The notes under the pieces: generated by a model | The model's database searches: none | What the model was told of the DNA's origin: nothing | The model's input: only the letters and a program-made list of their open reading frames with translations | Position numbers and translations under genes: made by a program | Part shown: positions 46,345-58,385 of the stretch, in pieces | Layout: each line of letters starts with the position of its first letter | Position numbering within the stretch: position 1 is the stretch's first letter | Source: Mobula hypostoma | Lineage: Eukaryota | Reading direction: 5' to 3' | Assembly: GCF_963921235.1 (NCBI RefSeq) | Contig: NC_086097.1 | Coordinates: 247,630,001-247,694,000, forward strand | DNA length: 64,000 nt

Positions 46345-47910
46345 TTACATCCGGCAAGCATCCAGGCCCCTCAAGGACATCAGCGTACTCTTTTGTGAGT
46401 TGTGGGTGGTCACCTTTGGTCTGCGAAACCACTATGAAAACTCAGTAGTTTTCACATGGACTCAGACCCAATATTGGCTGTACTCTCTTTTCTCCAATCA
46501 GTAGCTGTGCCTTTAGGAGCTTCCCCTTGAGCTTGAAGGACACTATACAGCCATCACCCTTTTACTGGAATGTTCTCTCCAGTATTACCTGTCACAATTA
46601 ACTTCACTGGGTAAACCTTTCTCTTTACTTTGAGAGTCTTGTAATTATCCTTGGATAACAGATTCACCTGGGCTCCAGTGTCAAGTAATTCCATTACTCT
46701 CTCATTCACAGTCACTGGAATTGCCCATTCTGTTTTACCAGCACCAGCAGTTTGCAAGGAATCCACAAAGAATTCCTCCATTTCCTCATCATCTGTGTGC
46801 ACTTTTCTCTTGGTAGCCCCAGCTTTGCAGCACTTTACAAAATGATTCTTCTTCCCACAGTGAGACTTTCTATAAGCAGGACACATCTTTGGGATGTGCT
46901 TACCTCCACACTTGCTGTGTTTGCTTTTGGGCATAACTCTTTGCTTTGCCGTTGTTTTGTGAAGCACTTTGTGCACTGCCACTCTGTTTTCACAGCATGC
47001 ATTGTTGAGTCTGCCCAGTGCAGCTCCTTAGCCTGAGCTCGTGTGGTCTCCACTGCCCTACCCATATTCACAAACTTTTCTAGCATCAAATCTTTTTCAT
47101 GCAGCAATCTTTCGCTGAACCCACTATTTGAAGTTATGCAAATTATTCTGCCTTTAACTCGTGTGTCTCCCAAATCTCCAAATTCACAGGACTTATTCAG
47201 TGCGTGTAGCTCAGCCAAGTATTGGTCAAAGCTAACACCTTGTTTCTGGTCAGGAAAAAAAACTTCTATCTCTCAAAAGTGATATTTTTACTTGGGACAA
47301 AACACTCCTCAAATTTTGTCATCGGGGTGTTCAATGTAAAGGCTGTTTCATCAATTTGAAAGCTGTTATAGATGTCCAATGCACCTTCGCCAATTACATG
47401 CAGAAAAATAGATGCCTTCAATCTTTCATCAGCCCCTCCTGGTCCGCTAACCGCTAAATATATATTGAATCGCTGTTTGACTTGTTTCCAGCATTCAGTA
47501 AGATTCCCAGTAAACACCATAGGTGCGTGAGGACTTAGCTTATTCATAACAGGAACTCTCAGCCTCTCATCTGAATTTCTTGGTCAACCTTGGAACACAA
47601 GGTACTCTCTGGTCAGCAGCTTCTCTCTGACAGAACCTAGTATCTCTGTCTCTGTCGCACACAGTATTCATTTACTCCCCGCGTTTACACCTCATGCCAG
47701 CTTTTGACACCACATTATGTTTGGTCTTAATAAAGCCAAACCTGGCATGGGTTTAACGCAAGAACAATTTATTACCGCACAGTTGTTCAACACCCGCGTG
47801 CATGTGACCAGGTCACCAGCAGAGCTTCCGGTTCCGTGTGAAGCACCTGTGTTGCCCACTGGGAACTGTAGTTTTTTATTATGCACACACATAATAACTC
47901 ACGCGGGGCA
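46345..47910 (-). mobile_element. Gypsy LTR retrotransposon 5' remnant: short LTR (~47718-47910), PBS, gag, aspartic protease; RT/RNase H/integrase missing
   Basis: gag FTGNLTECWKQVKQRFNIYL...VPSKNITFER; degenerate Zn-knuckle region CPAY...CGKKNHFVKCC; protease LDTGAQVNLL and PILGL; PBS-like TGGTGTCAAAAG at 47701-47712. Confidence 0.88.
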
Positions 47911-48399
47911 CATGGATGTAATTGGAAGCACTGGCTCGCTGGGCTGGAAGGGTCTGTAACCGGTGCTGCATCTCTAAACAAATAAAAGACGTTGCCTGAC
48001 CCACCACACCACCCCCCCCCGAGTTATTTTTATTTTATTCTACTTAGCAAAGCAGCACGGTGACAGGCACTACTGGCCGAGCTAGCCTGAGTTGCCTAAG
48101 TACACCCATGTGACCAATTAACCTATTAATTCATATGTCTTTGGAGGAAACCAGAGCACCTGGAGGAAACCCACGTAGTCACAGTGAGAATATACGGGCA
48201 GTGGCAGGAATTGAACCCTGGTCGCTACAGTGCTGTCTTTGTAATGAATTGATCTGAGTGAATGGTATGCAAGAGAAGCTTTTTACTGCACCTTGGTGCA
48301 GGTGAAAATAACAAACTTATTTTAGCAATTTTCTTTAGTTTATCAGAGGCAACAGGTGATGAAACCCTTCTTGGGAACATTTATGAAGGAGTGCCAATG

Positions 48400-48740
48400 T
48401 TGAAAATAAATTTATTATCAAAGGACTTAAGTGTCACCAGATACAACCCTGAGATTTATTTCCTTGCGGGCATTCTCAATGAAACCAAATAACATAATAG
48501 TCGGACAAGCAACCAATGTGCAAAAGATAACAAAACTGTGCAAATAAAAAAGAAGAAGAAACAATCATAATAAGTAAGTAATAACTATGGAGAACATGGG
48601 CTGAGGAGTTCTTGGAAGTGAGTCCATGGGTGGTGGGAACAGTTCAGTGATGGGGGCGAGTGAAGTTACGCCCTTTGGTTCAAGACACTGACGGTTGAGG
48701 GGTAATAACTGTTCCTGAACCTGGTGGTGCAGGTCCTGAA
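48400..48740 (-). mobile_element. Rex1/Babar 3' UTR
   Basis: AAATTTATTATCAAAG tail and CACCACCAGGTTCAGGAACAGTTATTACCC on the minus strand. Confidence 0.7.
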
Positions 48741-49124
48741 GCAAAATAATCACTTCCTTTTGGTAAAACAGTCAGGAACGTATTGAGATCTGATGAAAAG
48801 TGAATCTGCAACAAAATACGGAACTAATTTGTGTTAAAACTGGTGATGATCAAGTGACTACAATGTGTAGTGAGATGAATTGATTTTTGTAGCTGAAAAT
48901 TAGCCGGATCTCAACATCAAATGACAGACAGTTTCATTACCAGTTTATTTGTATTTGGAATGGTGATTATATTCAGCTGGAAAGACAACAGTGTAGGTTC
49001 TGTACATAAATAAGCTGTACGGAGTTAACAGGATGATCAATATAATCAATAACTCATGTTTACTTATACAGTATGTTCAAAATTACCTCTATCTCTTTCT
49101 GTGTTTTTCCTTCCCCTCTCTCAG

Positions 49125-49239
49125 CAATGGACTGAGCTTTTCTGATGGAGATCGGTTCCATTTGGGATGTGGAGGTGGGGCTTTGGAGTGCACCGGTTCA
49201 GTTACCTTCCGATGCCCAGGTCTTCAGCAGCCGTGTAAA
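49125..49239 (+). CDS. Candidate host exon (115 nt, phase 2/0, unidentified; could be non-coding)
   Basis: Pyrimidine tract of over 30 nt plus CAG; donor AAA|GTATGT; only one open frame, NGLSFSDGDRFHLGCGGGALECTGSVTFRCPGLQQPCK. Confidence 0.4.
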
Positions 49240-49329
49240 GTATGTGATCATACAGACAACTTACTTTGATGTTTTGAACTGAAGAAAAAAAATCATTACT
49301 GTGGACAATAGTTTATCTACCTATTTATT

Positions 49330-50014
49330 TACGACGATGAGGAAGCAGTGTGCATGCGGCAAAATCTGCAAGAACGATCGCGGCTTGAAGATCCACCAAG
49401 CGAGGATGAAGTGTTTGGCGGGAGCAGGAGCAGCACAACGCGCAGGTGTCCAACCTGGTGAGACGAAGGAGGGGCCAGGCCCGGAGTCACTCCATAGTGC
49501 CCGGAAACTCCAAGTGTTGCAAACTAATCCCTCTAACATGAAGTCTAACAGGAGGTGGATGAAGTGGCCTGTAGCTAACATGACTTCACTGTGGAAGCAG
49601 TTTGATGAAGATGTTAACCAAATTCTGGAGGCAATGGCGAAGGGAGGGGTTGATAGGAAACTGCAAGCCATGACAACAATTATTATCTCCCAGTGGAGGT
49701 TGGTTGTAGGGGATTCGTAGCCCGTTCTTTAGTTAGAGCCTTCAGTATTTTGGGCATTGATGGAGAGAGGAAGAGGAGAGCCATCCGCAGTACCACCGAT
49801 GCGGCAGAGAGGGCCTCAAGACGGCTGTGGCTCAAAAGAGGGGAGCCATGGAGTCATAAGTAGCTAGCCATCTGGACACAAGCTGGGGTCTAATCAGCCC
49901 CGGCTGGGTCACCTGGAGGAGGTTGTATGATGTTGAAAAACCCGAAACACCCGATGATTCCAGGAACATCACTGAAGATGTGTCCAGAAGCATCAATAGA
50001 TGTATGTACACAAC
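49330..50014 (+). mobile_element. HERO-clade (RLE-type) non-LTR retrotransposon, internally deleted
   Basis: N-terminal zinc finger CACGKICKNDRGLKIHQARMKC and QPGET...PES.HSA motif joined near 49686 to the RLE C-terminus PVEVGCRGFVARSL...AAERASRRLWLKR*, followed by the 3' UTR. Confidence 0.88.
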
Positions 50015-50139
50015 TTATTGAGATTCAGCAGGAAACAGGCCCTTCCAGCTGCACTGCCCAGCAATCCTTCGATTTAATCCTAGCTCAATCACAGGACAAT
50101 TTACAATTAACCTACCAATAAGAACATCTTTGAAGCACC

Positions 50140-50345
50140 TGACCCAGAGGGTCATGGAATGGGCTGCCAGCAACAGTGGTGGAGGTGGATACGATAGGGT
50201 CTTTTAAGAGAATTTTGGATAGGTACATGGAGCTTAGAAAAATAGAGGGCCATGGGTAAGCCTAGTAATTTCTAAGGTAGGGACATGTTTGCCATGACTT
50301 TGTGGGCTGAAGGGCCTGTATTGTGCTGTAGGTTTTCTATGTTTC
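50140..50345 (+). mobile_element. CR1 3' end inserted in a minus-strand SINE (~50020-50450)
   Basis: Near-identical to 40935-41128. Confidence 0.8.
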
Positions 50346-51247
50346 ACAGGAAGAACACACATACTCCTTTACAGGCAGTGCCAGGAATTGAACCCGGGCC
50401 ACCAGCACTGCAAAGCATTGTGCTAACCACTACACTACCGTGCCGCCCCCAAAGTACACATAGTGACATAAATTTACTTTGAACTTTGATGTGCAGAGAA
50501 GGACAGCAAATTGCAAAACAGAGCTCAATGTCAGTAATCAGGCACAATACTTCTTTCTTATTAAGTTAAATCAAAGGATGATCTATTTAAAATAAAAGCC
50601 ATCTTTGCTCATGAACGCACTCTGACCTTGACAGTTCAGCTCATGAAAGCTCGGCTTATAATCTCTGCGGCAACGTGCGACATGCAGAACGGGGTGTGAG
50701 CGGCCTGACGGCTGCGATGGTACAATGAGCAGGGTGGGTTCCAGATGCTTGAACTAATGAGGGGCACTTGCCGACACACAGCTGCGGCACTGCATAGCCA
50801 CAAAGCAATACACGGGGGGCTGGCGGGGGGGGGGGGGGGAATAAAAAAAATCTGACACACCACCAGAAAATAAAACAAAAAAAGGGGAATTACGAACATG
50901 AAGAAAGAAATGTCAAACATTTCAAAAATGACAAAGAAATGAACCAAGTTCAAAATCATAAGGGGTTTTGATGATGCGGAGAGGGGGGAAATTGTTTCCA
51001 ACAGCAGGAAGGTCAGAAACCACAGCAAGGAGATTTAAGATAATTGGAAAATTTCCAAGCAGGGGATGTGATGATTTTTTTTTAACACAGTGAAGTACAC
51101 TGATCTGAAATAAACTAGCTGGAAGTGTGGTAGCAGAAGATACAGTGTAAACTTTCAAAAAGGAATTGCGCATTGACTTGGGATGGAAAAATAATTGAAG
51201 CATGTGCAAGAGAATGCATCTAATTAGAGACCTCTGCCAAAGGACTT

Positions 51248-51822
51248 AGTCATAGTCACACTTTATTGATCCCGAGGGAAATTGGGTTTCTTTACAGTTG
51301 CACCAACCAAGAATACAGTATAAATATAGCAATATAAAACCATAAAAAATTAAATAGTAATATGTAAATTATGCCAGGAAATAAGTCCAGGACCAGCCTA
51401 TTGGCTCAGGGTGTCTGACCCTCCAAGGGAGGAGTTGTAAAGTTTGATGGCCACAGGCAGGAATGACTTCCTGTGACGCTCTGTGCTGCATCTCGGTGGA
51501 ATGAGTCTCTGGGTGAATGTACTCCTGTGCCCAACCAGTACATTACGTAGTGGATGGAAGACATTGTCCAAGATGGCATGCAACTTAGACAGCACCCTCT
51601 TTTCAGACACCACCACCATCCCCACAACATCACTGGCTTTACGAATGAGTTTGTTGATTCTGTTGGTGTCTGCTACCCTCAGCCTGCTGCCCCAGCACAC
51701 AACAGCAAACATGATCGCACTGGCCACCAGAGACTCGTAGAACATCCTCAGCATCGTCGGGCAGATGTTAAAGGACCTCAGTCTCCGCAGGAAACAGAGA
51801 CGGCTCTGACCCTTCTCGTAGA
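51248..51822 (-). mobile_element. Rex1/Babar 3' part (distinct subfamily)
   Basis: MLRMFYESLVASAIMFAVVCWG...HPLRN...RKSFLPVAIKLYN; AATAAAGTGTGACTATGACTA tail. Confidence 0.88.
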
Positions 51823-52437
51823 CATGGATGGAGGCAAAGGACTGATAGGTCTCAATTACCAGTGAGTCTTTAAATCATTATTGTCACATGTAGCAAGCTG
51901 GTCTTGCATACTGTTCATAAAGATCAACTCATTACACCGTGCAATGAGGCTAAACAAGGTAAAGCAATAACAGAGCAGGATATAGTGTAGCTCCACAGAG
52001 AAAGGGCAAACCAGGTAGACTATGGTGTAAAATCATAATAGTGACCTTGCCTCAACAGCCACGGAGAAACTGCAGTGCACGTAAGTGGCATTTTCTTAGA
52101 CCATATAACACACAGGAGCAGAATTAGGCCATCCTTGACAGGCGGAAAGAAAGAATGTAGTCAGGAGGACTTGGAAGATTCTTAGAGATTCAATAAGTGT
52201 GTGCATGTGATTCAGAGTGGTTTCTGCATTGATAGTATATTCATTTCAGGAGTGCGGTCTCAGTCCCCGATAGGGGTGACACATGGATCAGCAAGTTGCC
52301 TGCTGGTATAAATCTAACTCTGACATTCCGATATCAAATATCCCCCTTCGTTTCATGTCCCTGGAATTGAAGAAAATTCTTACAGAAAATACACAGCTCC
52401 AAAATGGAAAAGTGTTGTAGGGTGTGTCAATCAATCC

Positions 52438-52830
52438 TCAAAGTCAAAGTAAATTTATTATCAAAGGAGTTATATGTCAGCATATGCTCCCTTGAGATTC
52501 GTTGTCTAGTGGGCATTGGCAGGAAAATAAAGAAATATAATATCTTTTATGAAAAACTATATATTACAAAGACTGACACACAACCAATGTGCAGATAATA
52601 ATAACTGAATAATAATGACAACAGGAGTTGTAAAGAGTCTTTGAAAGTGTGTCTGTGGGTTGTGGGATCAGTTCTGTGCTGGAGTGAGTGAAGTTATCCA
52701 TGCTGGTTATGGAGCCTGATAGTTGAGGGGTAATAACTGTTCCTGAACCTAAGGCTCCTGTACCTCTCTCCCAATGATAGTAGTGAGGGAAAAGAGCATG
52801 GGTTGGATGCTGGAGTTCTTGATATTCGAC
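52438..52830 (-). mobile_element. Rex1/Babar 3' UTR
   Basis: Same tail and UTR motifs as 3905-4445. Confidence 0.65.
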
Positions 52831-53819
52831 CCCCAGTCATCCTGCTTTTGTTTCAATAGCCATTGCACCCCATTAGAGGCTTTAGCCTAAAGAAAAAGAG
52901 TTGGACTATATTATAAAATTACACACAAAGTGTGCTTAAAGACAATGTTCAATTAATTATATTGTCCTCCATCCTCTTGAAGTGAAAATTGCTGCGCTGA
53001 AATATATCAGGAAATCGAGCTAAAAATGCTAACTGTTCCTCTGTAGGTCACACTGTACAGTTCCAGAGTGTAATATAAATGGATGAGAAACACTAAGTTC
53101 AATTGCCTAAAGCAACAGTTATTGTTTGATATAGTCATTCCTGCTGCCTCAGGGAAATGGCCTCTGCAATTGTGCCCTCGACACAATCACTATTTGTGTA
53201 ACAATATACATGGAAATTTCTTTCAAGCACGTAAATGAATCAAGGAATGTGTTATTCCCAGTGATACATCCCTTAAAATTTATTTTTCATATGCGCCTAT
53301 TACAAAACCTAGAGGATCTGCCTTCAACTGGATAATGAAAATAAATCTTCCTTGTACGCAATAAATCTTTATTACTAGAACGTGATTTTTTTCTCTGTTG
53401 CTGCAACTTTGATTGAGCTTGTAATAACCAGTTATACTTAACACTTTCAAAAGATCCCATAAATAATTGGAAAATCAGTTCCAAAACACTCAAAATATCA
53501 TGTATAAAATTAAGAAACAAAACACCATGGGAATTTATACTATTTTATTCTGGTAACCCCAAATGCACATTGTCGGACCACATAATCTATTTATTGATAT
53601 TGAAATCTTTGGAACCAAATTTCCCTGCAGACCCTTGGAATAATCACTCAGAGCAGTTTGCACGAGGGCTGATGCAATATTTGGACTATCTGCATCATTT
53701 GAGTGAATTGACTTATTTACCTCTTGACCCGTACATGTGTCAGCATTCGCTGTTGAATCATTCCATCACACCACAACATTCCAACTAGATAGCGAAAAAT
53801 AGAAAAACAAAGTTCACCA

Positions 53820-55405
53820 TAGACTCAGTGGTCATTCTATGAGGTACCTCCTACCACTAATGAAGGCCACTGAGTGCATGTTTGGGGTCTTCTGCTGTTG
53901 TAGCCCGTCCACTTCAAGGTTTGGCATGGGTACCGCAGCGCTCAGTGTTGGAACTGCTTCTCTTTATGCTGTGCATCGATGGTTTAGATGATGGAATAGA
54001 TGGCTTTGTTGCCGAGTTTGCAGATGATATGTAGACTGGTGGAGGGGCAGGCAGTGTTGAGGAAACAGGTAGGCTGCAGAAGGACTTAGATAGATTAGGA
54101 GAACGGGCAAGAAAGTGGCAAATAAAATAAAATGTTGGAAAATGCATGGTCATGCACTTAGGTAGAAGAAAGAAATGTGCAGACTATTTTCTAAACAGGG
54201 AGAAAATCCAAAAATCTGAGACACAAAGGGACTTGGGCATCCTTGCACAGAGCACCCTAAAGGTTAATTTGCGGGTTGGGTCGGTGATGAGCAAGGCAAA
54301 TGCAACGTTAGCATTCATTTTAAGAGGTTTTAAATACAAGAGCAGGGACATTATGCTGAGGCTTTATAAGGCACTGGTGAGGCCTCACCTTGAGTATTAT
54401 GAACAGTTCTGGGGTCCTCATCTAAGAAAAGATGTACAGGCATTGGAGAGGGTCCAGAGGAGGTTCACAAGGATGATTCTGGGATTAAAAAGGTTATCAT
54501 ACAACAAACATTTATTGGCTCTGGGTCTGTACTCGCTGGAATTTAGAAGGATGAGAGGGGATCTCATAGAAACCTTTCGAATGTTTAAGGGCTTAGACAG
54601 AGAAGATGCGGAAAGGATGTTTCCCATGGGGGAGGTAGTCTTGGACACAGAGCACAGCCTCAGGATAGAGGGGCGTCCATTTAAAACAGAGATGCGGAGA
54701 AATTTCTTTAACCAGAGGGTGGTGAATTTGTGGAATTTGTTACCACAGGCAGCTGTGGAGGCCAGGTCATTGGGTATATTTAAGGTGGAGATTGATAGAT
54801 TCTTGATTGGATATGGCATGAAAGGTTAAGAGGAGAAGGCCGGGGAATGGGGTTGAGGAGGGCAGAGAAGGATCAGCCATGGTTGAATGGTGGAGCAGAC
54901 TTGATGGGTCAAATGGCCTAATTCTGCTCCTATGTCTTATGGTCTTATGTTGTGCATTCAGAGATGCTCTTCTGTACACCACTGTTGTAATGTGTGGTTA
55001 TTTGAGTTACTGTCACCTTCCTGTCAGCTTGAACCAGTCTGGCTAGTCTCCTCTGATCTCTCTCATTAACAAGACATTTTTGCCCACAGAACTGCCACTC
55101 ATTGGATTGCTTTTTGTTTTTTTTTTTGCACCATTCTCTGTAAAAAAGATGTGCAAAAATCTCAGGAGATCAGCAGTTTCCGAGATACACAAACCACCCT
55201 ATCTGGCACCAGCAATCATTCCATGGTCGAAGTAACTTAGATCACACTTCTTCCCCATTCTGACGTTTGGTCTGAAAAACAACTGAATCTCTTAATCATG
55301 TCGGCATGCTTTTATGCATTGAGTTGCTGCCATGCAAGTGGCTGATTAGATATTTGCATATACAAGCTGCTGAACAGGTGTACTTAATAAAATGGCCACT
55401 AAATG
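53820..55405. mobile_element. Tc1/mariner-derived non-autonomous element split by a CR1
   Basis: Left TIR ACTCAGTGGTCATTCTATGAGGTAC and right TIR GTACTTAATAAAATGGCCACTAAATGTA; colinear with 731-1037 + 3692-3903. Confidence 0.78.
53923..54948 (+). mobile_element. CR1 LINE, 5'-truncated
   Basis: GVPQRSVL, FADD, RPHLEYYEQFWGP, RNFFNQRVVNLWN; (TCTTATGG)n tail. Confidence 0.93.
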
Positions 55406-55899
55406 TATCTCAAAACAATGAAACAGACAGTGAAATGTGTCATTTGCATGAAATCAAATCGGGATAGACTGTGTAGAGTAGCATACAAGTGTCACGACAC
55501 TTCTAACACCAACATAACATGCCAACAACTTACTAACCCTAACCCATACATCTTGGAAATTCGGGAGGAAATCAGAGCATCAGGAGGAACTCACACAGTC
55601 ACAGGGAGAACATACAGATAGGGGCAGGAAGTGAACCCCAATCAGGAGCCACTGTCTAAAAGTTAAGCAAAGATTGAAGAGGATAAACAATCTAAGCATC
55701 TATTAGGAAAACAAGGTTCAGTAAGAAGGGGAAACGGATTTAAGGAAACTGGTAAAAGGATTAGGGGGGAGATGAGGCAAGACTTTTTCACCAAAGGAGT
55801 GGTGGGCATCACGCTCTCTTCTTGCTGCTGCCATGGGAAAGAAGCTATAGGAGCCTTAGGTCCCATACCACCAAGTTCAGGAGCAGTTATTTTAAAAAA

Positions 55900-56255
55900 A
55901 GACAAGAAATTCTGTAGATGCTCGAAATCATCCTGCAGATCAGGCAGCATCTATGGAGATGAACAAACAGTCAACGTTTCAGGACAAGACCCTTCATCAG
56001 GATTGAGAAGGAATAGGAAAGATGCCAGAATAAAAAGGAGAGGGAGGGGAAAGGAGAAGGAGGAAGGAGTCTGGCCAGATGGTTGATAGGTGACCTCAGG
56101 TGGGTAGGAGAGGTAAAAGGCTGGAGGGGAAGGAATCAGATAGGAGAGGAGAGTGCACCACAGGAAAAAGGGGAAAAGGAGGGGCACCAGGGGGAGGTGA
56201 TAGACAGGTGAGAAGAGACAAAAGGCCAGAGTGGGAAATAGAAGAAGAGGGGAGG
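55900..56255 (-). mobile_element. Penelope-like pLTR fragment
   Basis: Purine-rich reverse complement of the pLTR; contains the hammerhead at 55968-56005. Confidence 0.8.
55968..56005 (-). ncRNA. Minimal type I hammerhead ribozyme motif (Penelope-associated), core intact
   Basis: CAATC-CTGATGA-AGGGTCTTGTCCT-GAAAC-GTT-GACTG: conserved CUGAUGA and GAAA, 4-bp stem II, palindromic ACGU stem III, one stem I mismatch. Confidence 0.65.
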
Positions 56256-56399
56256 TGCAAGAAAGTATCTCTAACACATTTACCACAGCATCATTCTTTT
56301 CCTTTTTGGGCATTTATCTATTCTCTTTGTATACGTTTCTTATTCTGTCGTATTTGCTTGTTGCTACCATTACTGACACTGCATTTAGACTGCAACAAA

Positions 56400-56700
56400 C
56401 TGCTGAAAAGAATCCTAACCACCCAGACCAGGCTGCCTTCTCACTGCTATCAACTCTGATCTGTTTCCACAACTTATGGACTCACTTTTAAGGGCTCTAC
56501 AACTCATGTTCTCAGTATTATTTATTTGCACGTTTTGTCTTCTTTCCACATTGGATGTCAGTCTTTGTTTCTGTATAGATTTCCATTGAATCTATCGTGC
56601 TTCTTTGTATCTACTATGAATAACAGCAAGAAAATGAATCTCAGAGTAGTATGTAGTGATGTATATAGTACTTTGATAATAAATTTACTTTGAACTTTGA
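56400..56700 (+). mobile_element. Rex1/Babar 3' UTR
   Basis: GAATCTCAGAGTAGTATG...ATAATAAATTTACTTTGAACTTTGA tail. Confidence 0.7.
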
Positions 56701-56894
56701 GAAATGGTGTTATCTGGTTCTTCTGCCAATTATTTCTAATCTGTGTTCTCCACACACTGACTCTCTGACCACTGGAAAAATATTATTATTTACTCTAGAA
56801 ATGACTTTAAGGTTTTGAATCCTCTTTCAAACTTCCCCCTAATCTCACTATTCTCGAAACAGAACAGCCACAGTGTTTTCAAACAAATTGCATA

Positions 56895-57475
56895 CATAAA
56901 GCTGAGGCACTATGAAACATTGGTCAGTTCACACTTATAGAGTATTGTGAGCAGTTTTGTGCCCCTTATCTAAGAAAGGCATTGGAGAGGGTCAGAGAAG
57001 GCTCACTAGAATGATCCTGGGAATTAAAGGGTTAACCTGTGAGGAGCATTTGATGTCTCTGAGTTGATACTCGAACAAATGTAGAAGAATGGGAGAGGGA
57101 TCTCATTGAAACCTATCGAATATTGAAAGGTCTCGACAAAGTGGATGTGGGGAGGATTTTTCTTGCACTGGGATAGTCTAGGACCAGAAGGCACAACCTC
57201 AGAATAGTAACAGTCCATTTAGAACAGAGATGAGGAAAATCTTTTTTAGCCAGAGGGGATTGAATCTGTCGAATTCATTGTCACAGGCAGCCATGCAGGC
57301 CAATTCAATGGGTATATTTATGGCGGAGCTGTAAGTTCTTGATTAATCAAGGTCAAAGGTTACGAGGAGAAGGCAGGAGAATGGGGTTGAGGAGGATAGT
57401 AAATCAGCCATGATGAGAGACAAAGCAGTCTCGATGGGCTGAATGGCTGAATTCTGCCCCTATGTCTTATGGTCT
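56895..57475 (+). mobile_element. CR1 3' part, decayed
   Basis: Remnants of EYCEQFCAPYLRK and RGDLIETY; TATGTCTTATGGTC tail. Confidence 0.8.
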
Positions 57476-58111
57476 ACATGGTATAAACATGCAATTGTTC
57501 AGAAAATTTTCCAGTAATTGTATTTTCAAGGAGCCTACTTGTTATTTTATTATTGTTTAGAGATTCAGTGCAGAACAGGCCATTCTGCTCCAATGAACTG
57601 CATCGCCTAGCAACACACCTATTTAACCACGGCCTATTTATCAAAGTACGTATACATTGTACAACCTTGAGATTTGTCTCCTTACAGGCAGCCACAAAAC
57701 AAAGAAACCCAAAAGAAACCATTAAAAAAAGACTGTCAAACACCCAAAGGATTCACAAGTTTCAAAGTACATTTATTATCAAAGAATGTATGCAGTATAC
57801 AACCCCGAGATTCATCTTCCCACAGACAGCCACGAAACAGAGAAAAGCATGGAACACATGCAGAAAAAAAAACAAATTGTGCAAACAACAAGAGCAAGCA
57901 AACAACTGAGGTTCACGAAAGTCAGTCATCACCTCGGCAAATTCAGGAGCTTATTAGTTTGCAGGTCACAGCCTCAGTTCAGCGCAGAGATGAGTAAACC
58001 TCATGGAGCAGTGACCTGAACCAGCCCGTCCCGCTCCTCCAGCCCTGACAGCCTGACCTTTCAAACCCGGTCCAGAGCTTAAATCGGCCAAATCAAATCA
58101 GTCGAGCATTT

Positions 58112-58385
58112 ACACCCCCCTCGCCTATCAGATTCCTTTCTCTCCAGCCCTTCACCTTTCCCACCCATCTGGCTTCACCTATCACCTTCCAGCTAGTCCT
58201 CCTTCTCCTCCCCCAACTTTTTTATTCTGGCATCTTCTCCTTCCTTTCCTGTCCTGAAGAAGGATTTTGGCCCAGAACATCGACTATTCATTCACTTCCA
58301 TAAATATTGCCTGGCCTGCTGAGATCCTGCAGCATTTTGTGCGTGTTGCTTTAGATTTCTAGCATCTGCAGAATCTCCTGTGTTT
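58112..58385 (+). mobile_element. Penelope-like pLTR fragment, hammerhead degenerate
   Basis: CCTATCAGATTCC...GTCCTGAAGAAGG...CATCGACT...CAGCATCTGCAGAATCTC. Confidence 0.75.

Noticed and set aside
46554..47547. Domesticated gag/protease gene
   Set aside because: Split by several frameshifts, zinc knuckle degenerate, and still attached to PBS and LTR.
49900..49985. Hammerhead ribozyme in the HERO 3' UTR (ATGATG...GAAAC, CTGAAGA)
   Set aside because: Core motifs are not in the required order and stem I is absent; more likely an ordinary structured 3' UTR.
53287..53520. Minus-strand 77-aa ORF
   Set aside because: TTG start, AT-rich, no splice signals or motifs; consistent with chance.
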